24,000 bases of DNA from Christensenellales bacterium (GTDB lineage Bacteria > Bacillota > Clostridia > Christensenellales > Maliibacteriaceae): contig JBMNQS010000003.1 in assembly GCA_050944255.1 (NCBI GenBank), positions 42,409-66,408 of the forward strand, in the 5' to 3' direction. The notes below the pieces were generated by a model, which saw only the letters and a list, made by a program, of their open reading frames with translations, made no database searches and was not told the origin of the DNA. Shown here piece after piece: positions 17,311 through 24,000 of this stretch. Both the position numbers and the translations under genes were made by a program. Each line of letters starts with the position of its first letter. Positions within the stretch are counted from its first letter, which is position 1.

Positions 17311-18107
17311 AGGCGCGGCTGGACCAGGCCATGGTGGAGCGGGGTCTCTGCGAAAGCCGCTCCCGCGCGCAGGCGCTGATTTTGGCCGGGGAAGTGCTGG
17401 TGGACGGCCAGAAGGTAAAGAAGGCGTCCCAGAGCGTGGACGAAGGCCAAAAAATTGAGGTGGCCGAGCAATTGCCGTTCGTCAGCCGCGGCGGGCTGAA
17501 GCTGCAAAAGGCCATAGAAGTGTTTCATATTGAATTAAAGGGCGCCGTGTGCGCCGATATCGGGGCTTCCACGGGAGGATTTACCGACTGCATGCTCCAG
17601 CACGGGGCCAAAAAGGTGTATGCCATCGACGTGGGCTACGGCCAGTTGGACTGGAAACTTAGAAGCGACGACCGGGTGGTGGTCCGCGAGAGGACCAACG
17701 CCCGTTTCATCGTGCCGGGGGATTTTGAGGAATCCCTTGACTTTGCCGGCATCGACGCCTCGTTTATCTCGCTGAAGCTGCTTTTGCCGCCGCTTTATCC
17801 TTGCCTTATGGAAAACGGGCACGTGGTGGCGCTGGTCAAGCCCCAGTTTGAGGCGGGAAAGAGCCAGGTGGGTAAGCACGGCGTGGTGCGCGATCCGGCG
17901 GTGCATAAAGATGTGATCCAAAAGACGGCGGAGGCGGCCGCGAAGCTGGGTTTTTCCGTGCCGGGCCTGGATTTTTCGCCCGTTACCGGGCCGAAGGGAA
18001 ACATGGAGTTTTTGCTGTACTTATCCAAGGGCGCGGCCGCGCCCGACATGCCGGATATCGCCTCTGTGGTGGACAGGGCCCATGCCGCGCTGAAAACCCA
18101 TGAATAA
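17307..18107 (+). CDS. tlyA: TlyA family RNA methyltransferase / hemolysin A-like
   Basis: [37 protein letters not shown] (S4 domain), [46 protein letters not shown]. The track ORF begins at 17094; ATG 17307 overlaps the dxs stop. Confidence 0.96.
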   Translation: [266 protein letters not shown]

Positions 18108-18119
18108 AAAGAAAATGGA

Positions 18120-18148
18120 TTGTATTTTTATGCGTCCTGCGCTATAAT
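18120..18148 (+). promoter_or_regulatory. Sigma-A-type promoter upstream of nadK
   Basis: TTGTAT (18120-18125) - 17 nt - TATAAT (18143-18148) in the tlyA-nadK gap. Confidence 0.7.
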
Positions 18149-18176
18149 GGGGATAAACAGGGAGATGAACGAACCA

Positions 18177-19019
18177 ATGACCATCGGAATCTATACCATT
18201 GCGCCGGCAATGGCCAAGAGCCGGGTGATCAGGCAGGCCGTTGCCGCCATTGAACGCCGGGGCGGCCATGTGCTTCTGCTGCCCATGATCGCCCAGGCCG
18301 TCTCTCGGGCGGACCTGATTTGCCCGCAGGACGAACTGATGGATAAAAGTGATATTTTGATGGTGTTCGGCGGCGACGGGACCATGCTCTCCGCCGCCAG
18401 AAACGCCGTTATCACCGATACGCCGGTTTTCGGCGTCAACCTGGGCAAGATCGGGTTTCTGCCCGAGACGGAAGTGCCCGATATCGACGAGGCCGTGGAC
18501 TGCATACTCTCGGGCCGTTACCGCATCGAGGAGCGGATGATGCTGCGGTGCCGCCTGGATGACGAGGACATGGGCATTGCCCTCAACGACGTGGTCATTG
18601 CAAGGGGCGCCGTCTCCAGGATGGTGAACGTGCATATAGACATCGACGGGGAGGCCTTCACCCAGTACCGCGCCGACGGCGTCATCGTCTCCACGCCCAC
18701 CGGCTCCACCGCCTATGCGCTCTCCACCGGCGGGCCCATTATCAGCCCCGAGCTGGAGTGCCTGCTGATCTCGCCCATATGCCCCCACTCGCTGTACAAC
18801 CGCTCGGTGGTGGTGGGCGATAAAACACGTATTGCCATTTCCGTCACCGGAGCGAACGACGACGCCATGGTCACGCTGGACGGGCAGATTGCAAAGGCGG
18901 TGAAGCCCGGCAATATCGTGACCATTTCCCGGGCGGAGCAGACGGCCAAGTTCGTCCGGCTCAGACAGGAAAGTTTCTACCGCACGCTCCACAGGAAACT
19001 GTCGAGCGATCATCTGTAG
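18177..19019 (+). CDS. nadK: NAD(+)/NADH kinase
   Basis: ILMVFGGDGTMLSAARN, GVNLGKIGFLPE, LNDVVIARG, YRADGVIVSTPTGSTAYALSTGGPI. The track start 18120 lies inside the promoter; ATG 18177 is the likely start. Confidence 0.96.
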   Translation: MTIGIYTIAPAMAKSRVIRQAVAAIERRGGHVLLLPMIAQAVSRADLICPQDELMDKSDILMVFGGDGTMLSAARNAVITDTPVFGVNLGKIGFLPETEVPDIDEAVDCILSGRYRIEERMMLRCRLDDEDMGIALNDVVIARGAVSRMVNVHIDIDGEAFTQYRADGVIVSTPTGSTAYALSTGGPIISPELECLLISPICPHSLYNRSVVVGDKTRIAISVTGANDDAMVTLDGQIAKAVKPGNIVTISRAEQTAKFVRLRQESFYRTLHRKLSSDHL

Positions 19020-19030
19020 GGGGAAAGCAT

Positions 19031-19480
19031 ATGAAGTCAAAGCGTCACAACCTGATACTGGAACTTGTACGCACCGGCGATATCTCCACGCAGGAAGAAC
19101 TGGCGGAAGCCCTGAAAAAACACAGCGTGATAGCCACCCAGGCCACCATCTCCAGGGACATCAAGGAACTTCGCCTGATTAAAGTGCTGGGCGAGAACGG
19201 CATGTATAAGTATGCGAAGCTGGAGCAGAACGATTCCGCGCTGGACGCCCGGCTGCTGCGCCTGTTTTCCGAATCGGTGCTCAGCATGCAGCACTCGGGC
19301 AACATCATTGTGCTGCATACCATCAGCGGTACCGCCAACGCCGCGGCGGAGGCCATCGATAACCTGAGCTGGGAAGAGCTTATGGGCAGCCTCGCCGGCG
19401 ACGATACCATCTTTGTGCTGATCCGCAGCGAGCAGGAAGTGCAGGCGGTGCTCTCGCGCTTCAGACAGATGATGCAGTAG
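19031..19480 (+). CDS. argR: Arginine repressor
   Basis: ALKKHSVIATQATISRDIKELRLIKV, GNIIVLHTISGTANAAAEAID, LAGDDTIFVLIRSEQ. Confidence 0.96.
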   Translation: MKSKRHNLILELVRTGDISTQEELAEALKKHSVIATQATISRDIKELRLIKVLGENGMYKYAKLEQNDSALDARLLRLFSESVLSMQHSGNIIVLHTISGTANAAAEAIDNLSWEELMGSLAGDDTIFVLIRSEQEVQAVLSRFRQMMQ

Positions 19481-19493
19481 GAAAGAGGCGGCT

Positions 19494-21230
19494 ATGCTCA
19501 GGCGGTTATCGGTGCGCCATATCGCGCTGATCGAAAAAGCGGACATTACCTTTGAGAGGGGACTCTGCGTCCTCACCGGCGAGACGGGCGCGGGCAAATC
19601 CATATTGGTGGACGCCATGAAACTGGCCCTTGGCGGGCGCGCCGACAGAGATCTTATCTCCGCCGGTGAAAAGCGCGCGCAGGTGGAGGCCGCTTTTTTT
19701 GTGAAAAAAGACGATCCGGTGCGGGAGGTCCTGCGCCGCGAAAGTCTTCTTGATGATGACGAGGAGGAACTTGTGCTCTGGCGCGAACTGACCGCGGCGG
19801 GCAGAAGCACCTGCCGCATCGCCGGGACACTGGTCACGCTGTCGCTGCTTCGGGAAATTTCGTCCCACCTGGTGGACATCTACGGGCAGCATGATTACCA
19901 GTCGCTGCTGAATCCGGCCAGCCACAGGGCGTTCCTCGACCGGATGGACAGGGAGGGAATTCTCTCTGCGCTGAAAGAGAAACTTGCCGCCCTTTGCGCT
20001 CAGGCGGCGGAACTGAAGAAAAAGATGTCCCAGGGCTACCTGTCGCCCCAGGAAAGGGAGCGGCAGCTGGATATCCTGCGCTTTCAACTCGATGAGATTC
20101 GTCAGGCCGGCCTGCAGGATGGCGAGGAGGAGGAACTGAAACGCCGGCAGGCGCTTCTGGCCGCGGCGGAGGAGATCGATACGCAGCTGGCTGCCGCCTG
20201 CGATAAGCTGGCGGCGCCGTCCCCGGCGTCGGCGCTGGATTTTTTGGGGGATGCCGTGCAGGCCATGGCGCGCATCGCGCACCTGGACGCATCCTTTGAA
20301 GAGCTTCACGCGCGGCTGGAGGGCGCCTACTACGACCTCGAGGACGCGGCGTCCGCCCTTCGGCGGCTGACCGATACGCAGCGGTACGATCCGCAGGCGC
20401 TCTCCGGCGTTGAGATGCGGCTGGACGAAATCTATAAGCTCAAGCGCAAGTACGGCGCCACCATAGCGGAAATCCTTCGGTTTGCCGACGAAGCCGAGGC
20501 GAAGATCGCTGAACTGGAAGGCGCCCAGGAGCATATGCTGGCGTATCAGAAGCAGTACGATGACATGCTCCGGTCCTACCACGAGACGGCGGTGGCGCTT
20601 TCTTCCCGCAGGCAGGAGCTGGCCAAGGTGCTGGAGAGGGAGCTGATCCGCCAATTGAGCGACCTTGGAATGGACAAGGCGCAGTTTTCGGTGCATTTCG
20701 GCGTGCTGCCTGACAAGGACAGCATCGAAAATCATTTGAGCCCCGAGGGGCTCGATGAAGTGGAATTTTATATTTCCTTCAATCCCGGCGTCCCCGTGCG
20801 GCCCATGGCGCGGGTCATCTCCGGCGGCGAACTGTCCCGGGTGATGCTGGCGCTGAAAAACGTGCCGCGCTCCGGCGGCGACGTGGGCTGCATGATCTTC
20901 GACGAGATCGACGCGGGCATCGGCGGCCGCACGGCAAACGTGGTGGCCAAAAAGATGAAGGCCGTCTCCAAGGAGCGGCAGGTGCTCTGCGTCACCCATC
21001 TGGCGGCGGTGGCCGCGGCGGCGGACATGCACATCGCCGTGGAGAAGGCCTCCGGCTCCGGCGCCACAAAGACCGGTATCGCCGTGCTTGGCGAAGAGGC
21101 GCATCTGGAGGAGATCGCCCGGATGCTGGGCGGGGACGACAAGGATTCCGTGACGCTGGCCCACGCGCGCAAACTGGTGAAGGATATGGGAAATCATAGA
21201 CGGCAACAGGGAAAAGCGGCTGAAAAATAA
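19494..21230 (+). CDS. recN: DNA repair protein RecN
   Basis: MLRRLSVRHIALIEKADITFERGLCVLTGETGAGKSILVDAMKLALGGRA, VISGGELSRVMLALKN, MIFDEIDAGIGGRTANVVAKKM, VLCVTHLAAVAA. Confidence 0.97.
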   Translation: MLRRLSVRHIALIEKADITFERGLCVLTGETGAGKSILVDAMKLALGGRADRDLISAGEKRAQVEAAFFVKKDDPVREVLRRESLLDDDEEELVLWRELTAAGRSTCRIAGTLVTLSLLREISSHLVDIYGQHDYQSLLNPASHRAFLDRMDREGILSALKEKLAALCAQAAELKKKMSQGYLSPQERERQLDILRFQLDEIRQAGLQDGEEEELKRRQALLAAAEEIDTQLAAACDKLAAPSPASALDFLGDAVQAMARIAHLDASFEELHARLEGAYYDLEDAASALRRLTDTQRYDPQALSGVEMRLDEIYKLKRKYGATIAEILRFADEAEAKIAELEGAQEHMLAYQKQYDDMLRSYHETAVALSSRRQELAKVLERELIRQLSDLGMDKAQFSVHFGVLPDKDSIENHLSPEGLDEVEFYISFNPGVPVRPMARVISGGELSRVMLALKNVPRSGGDVGCMIFDEIDAGIGGRTANVVAKKMKAVSKERQVLCVTHLAAVAAAADMHIAVEKASGSGATKTGIAVLGEEAHLEEIARMLGGDDKDSVTLAHARKLVKDMGNHRRQQGKAAEK

Positions 21231-21242
21231 AAATAAAATATT

Positions 21243-21270
21243 AAAACGCAAAGCTGGCTTTGCGTTTTTT
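21243..21270 (+). terminator. Rho-independent terminator downstream of recN
   Basis: AAAACGCAAAG-CTGG-CTTTGCGTTTT hairpin (C/G in the loop can also pair), continuing into a T run. Confidence 0.85.
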
Positions 21271-21463
21271 GGCATATAAGCGGACATGCGCGGTCTTTCA
21301 TTGTTTTTCCCAAGCCGGTTTAAATTTTGAGGCTTTTATGCATGTGAAAACGGGCTTTTAAAAACCAATTTTTCTATCGAATAAATCCATACAAAGGCGC
21401 AAGAATAGAAACAGTCGGACTTTATTTTTTATGATTCAAAATACAGCGCGAAAGGGAAGAAAT

Positions 21464-22738
21464 ATGAAAAAACCATTGAATAAACGCATCGCCGGATGGG
21501 CTTTGGCGGCCTTTCTGCTTATCATCAACCAGTCGGGATACGTCAGAAGCATTGCCGGTATCCCCGATACGGTGCGTTTATCGGAAAATGACCAGGCGAC
21601 GCTGAGGCTTCCCTTCGGCATTTCGATGAAGGATGATGAATCGGCGGCGGTGCTGTTTTCAGAAGATGGAGCGCTGGCGGACGAGCAGGGCGCCTATACG
21701 CTCAATACCGCGCAGGTGGGGCGCTCCAGCGCGCAACTGACGCTCTTTGGATTCATACCCATTAAAGAAGTGGCCGTGGAGGTGCTGCCGCAAAACGAGG
21801 TGGTGGCCGGCGGGCAGGCGCTGGGCATCGCGCTGTTTACCAACGGCGCCCTGGTGGTGGGCGGCAGCGACATCATAACCGCCGACGGCACCCGGAGCAA
21901 CCCCGCCCGGGACGCCGGCATCGTCTCGGGCGATGTCATTACCCACATCAACGGTCAGCCGGTGAGAAATGCGGACCATGTGACGCAGATACTCAACAGC
22001 ATCGGCAGCGAGGAAGTGCAGCTGCAGATCCTGCGCGAGGGCGAGGCATTGACCCTTAACGTAAAACCGGTGGCCGATGCCAAGGACGGACGCTACCGCC
22101 TGGGCATCTGGGTCAGGGACTCCACGGCGGGTATCGGGACGCTGAGCTTCTATGACGCCAAACAGCGTGCCTACGGCGCGCTGGGACACGGCATTGTGGA
22201 CGTGGATACGCACCAGTATCTCACCGTTCGCCAGGGCGAAGTGTCGCAGATCCATGTGGACGGCGTCATCCGAGGCACCCCCGGTACGCCGGGAGAACTC
22301 TACAGCGAAAAGATCATCACCGACAATCCGCTGGGCGACATACAGGTCAACAATGAGTACGGCATCTACGGCAGGACGTACCATGCGCCGGTGCAAAGTA
22401 CGCCATCGAGTATGCCCGTGGGGCTTCAAAGCACCGTGCGCCTGGGAAAAGCCAGCATACTCTCCACCGTCGGCGGACGCGGGACAAAAGCCTACGACTG
22501 CGAAATACTGCGCATCACGCCCCAGGGCGAACCGGCGCAAAAAAGCATGATCATACGCGTCACCGACCCGGAGCTTCTTGAGATTACGGGGGGCATTGTG
22601 CAGGGCATGAGCGGCAGCCCCATCGTGCAGGATGGGAAGATCATCGGCGCTGTCACCCACGTATTTGTCAACGATCCCACCCGCGGCTACGGCGTATTCA
22701 TCGAATGGATGCTGCAGCAGACGATGCAGGTTCAATAA
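21464..22738 (+). CDS. spoIVB: SpoIVB peptidase (S55, PDZ domain)
   Basis: PDZ-like segment SGDVITHINGQPVRNADHVTQIL; S55 motifs GALGHGIVDVDT and GGIVQGMSGSPIVQDGKIIGAVTHVFVNDPTRGYGVFIEWML. Track start 21431; ATG 21464 has a nearby RBS. Confidence 0.96.
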   Translation: MKKPLNKRIAGWALAAFLLIINQSGYVRSIAGIPDTVRLSENDQATLRLPFGISMKDDESAAVLFSEDGALADEQGAYTLNTAQVGRSSAQLTLFGFIPIKEVAVEVLPQNEVVAGGQALGIALFTNGALVVGGSDIITADGTRSNPARDAGIVSGDVITHINGQPVRNADHVTQILNSIGSEEVQLQILREGEALTLNVKPVADAKDGRYRLGIWVRDSTAGIGTLSFYDAKQRAYGALGHGIVDVDTHQYLTVRQGEVSQIHVDGVIRGTPGTPGELYSEKIITDNPLGDIQVNNEYGIYGRTYHAPVQSTPSSMPVGLQSTVRLGKASILSTVGGRGTKAYDCEILRITPQGEPAQKSMIIRVTDPELLEITGGIVQGMSGSPIVQDGKIIGAVTHVFVNDPTRGYGVFIEWMLQQTMQVQ

Positions 22739-22743
22739 ATAAA

Positions 22744-22750
22744 TGTCGAA
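22744..22750 (+). promoter_or_regulatory. Candidate 0A box (TGTCGAA) in the spoIVB-spo0A gap
   Basis: Exact TGTCGAA, 77 bp upstream of the proposed spo0A TTG start. Confidence 0.45.
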
Positions 22751-22826
22751 TAATGTTGGGCGGGAAGGACTTGCCCTCCCGGCGTCGTATGCACCTCACA
22801 GGCTATCTATGTGGGGGGGACTGCAC

Positions 22827-23609
22827 TTGGGACAAAAACGATATTCCGTACTGATCGCAGGCAGCGATCTGATCTACGCAACGCAGCTTGGCAGGCGGAT
22901 TCAGATGGACCAGAACCTCTGCCTGCAGGGCGTTCTGCAATCGGGAAAAGAGGTGCTCGAACAGGTGCGCCAAAACTGTCCGGATCTTCTGGTGCTGGAT
23001 TTGGTGATGCCGTATCTGGACGGACTGGCCGTGCTGGAGGAAATTGCCGGCTGCGACGTGCGTCCGCGGGTGATGGTCGTATCGAATATCGCCGCGGACG
23101 ATATACTGCATAAGACGTTTGAGCTGGGGGCAGAGGACTATATCCGCAAACCCCAAAACGTGGATGTGATCGCCCGCAGGATCAGGGATTTTGCCAGGGA
23201 GAAAGAGCTGCCGCCGCAGGAAAACCGCACGTTCGAAGCGGCGCCGCAGCAGAGCCTTGAACAATTGGAAAACGCCGCGGGCAACTACCTGCGCGAGCTG
23301 GGTATCATGCCGCATCTTCTGGGATACCAGTACCTGCGCCGCGCCATGGCGCTGGTGATCCAGGAGCCGCAATTGATCAACGCGCTGACGCTGCGGCTCT
23401 ATCCCATGGTGGCGGAAGTGTTCGATACCACGGCGCAGCGGGTGGAGCGCAGTATGCGTCACGCCATCGAAAACGGGTGGATAAGGGGAGACCTCACCGC
23501 CATTGACAGGATGTTCGGCTATACGGTGGACGCGGGAAAGGGCAAACCCACCGTGGGCGCGCTCATTGCCATGCTCACCGACAGAATGCGGATGGACGGC
23601 ATCGGCTGA
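22827..23609 (+). CDS. spo0A: Sporulation transcription factor Spo0A (atypical receiver domain)
   Basis: Receiver: VLIAGSDLI...DLLVLDLVMPYLDGLAVLEEI...EDYIRKPQN. Spo0A_C: LGIMPHLLGYQYLRRAMALVIQEPQLINALTLRLYPMVAEVFDTTAQRVERSMRHAIENGWIRGDLTAIDRMFGYTVDAGKGKPT. The track ORF starts at 22743; TTG 22827, 7 nt after a GGGGGG(A) RBS, best fits the family N-terminus, with ATG 22809 as an alternative. Confidence 0.92.
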   Translation: MGQKRYSVLIAGSDLIYATQLGRRIQMDQNLCLQGVLQSGKEVLEQVRQNCPDLLVLDLVMPYLDGLAVLEEIAGCDVRPRVMVVSNIAADDILHKTFELGAEDYIRKPQNVDVIARRIRDFAREKELPPQENRTFEAAPQQSLEQLENAAGNYLRELGIMPHLLGYQYLRRAMALVIQEPQLINALTLRLYPMVAEVFDTTAQRVERSMRHAIENGWIRGDLTAIDRMFGYTVDAGKGKPTVGALIAMLTDRMRMDGIG

Positions 23610-23666
23610 ATAAAGTTTTTTTGCCCCGCATAGGCATGTACCATCAAACATGCCGGAGGCAAAAAA

Positions 23667-24000
23667 ATGAGCGCGCTACGAAAGATGGGCCAGTCGCTTC
23701 GGCGGCATTACAGAGACAACCGCGGCATTTATATCCTCATTTTATTCTTTTTTATCATCGGGCTGGCCAGCGGCATCGCCACCGCCACGCAGGTCTCTCC
23801 GCTGAGGCGGGGTGAATTGTCGGCGTACTTTTCCAATGTGTCCTTCGCGGCCAGGCGGGGCGAAATCCGTGGCGTCGATTCCTTCTGGCAGTCGGCGCTT
23901 CACAATTTCAGGGTCACGCTGGTGATGGCCATCGGCGCGGTAAGCATCCCCATGCTGATGTTCTGCGCCGCGGCACTGGTGCTGGAAGGATTCATTTTTG
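23667..24000 (+). CDS. spoIIM: Stage II sporulation protein M, 5' part, truncated at the window end
   Basis: Open frame to the window end: MSALRKMGQSLRRHYRDNRGIYILILFFFIIGLASGIATATQVSPLRRGELSAYFSNVSFAARRGEIRGVDSFWQSALHNFRVTLVMAIGAVSIPMLMFCAAALVLEGFIF; GGAGG RBS upstream. Not in the ORF track because it lacks a stop in the window. Confidence 0.88.
   Translation, partial: MSALRKMGQSLRRHYRDNRGIYILILFFFIIGLASGIATATQVSPLRRGELSAYFSNVSFAARRGEIRGVDSFWQSALHNFRVTLVMAIGAVSIPMLMFCAAALVLEGFIF

Noticed and set aside
19506-21287. 593-aa antisense ORF opposite recN
   Set aside because: Long open frame is a by-product of recN codon usage. RecN has all the SMC-like motifs and the antisense product matches nothing recognisable.
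22803-23651. 282-aa antisense ORF opposite spo0A
   Set aside because: Mirror frame of spo0A with no recognisable domain.

Overview
The window is a chromosomal segment from a high-GC, endospore-forming Firmicute (Clostridia-like). Gene content from left to right: the C-terminal end of a probable class II (B12-dependent) ribonucleotide reductase; a ~490-bp, 2.6-copy array of ~188-bp hairpin-bearing tandem repeats; a C_GCAxxG_C_C family protein; a ~1.07-kb region with no convincing ORF but several hairpins; a LysR-family regulator; the complete spoIIIAA-AH operon; an asp23 / amaP-like / DUF2273 envelope-stress cluster; nusB; a TsaD-like M22 homologue; folD; xseA; xseB; ispA; a divergent-PAP2 (DUF212) protein; dxs; tlyA; nadK; argR; recN; spoIVB; spo0A; and the 5' part of spoIIM. 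The order from nusB onward is the classic Firmicute arrangement with many 4-bp overlaps. I found no CRISPR array, tRNA, rRNA, transposase, or recognisable defence or novel multi-gene system. The observations most worth a second look are: (1) the tandem repeat whose differences inside hairpins fall in the loops while stems are kept; (2) a Spo0A whose receiver lacks the usual N-terminal acidic pair; (3) a DUF212 protein with an apparent ~16-residue internal deletion; (4) an Asp23 protein with an EF-hand-like DADGDGQISFAD loop; (5) the structured orphan intergenic region 1405-2480.
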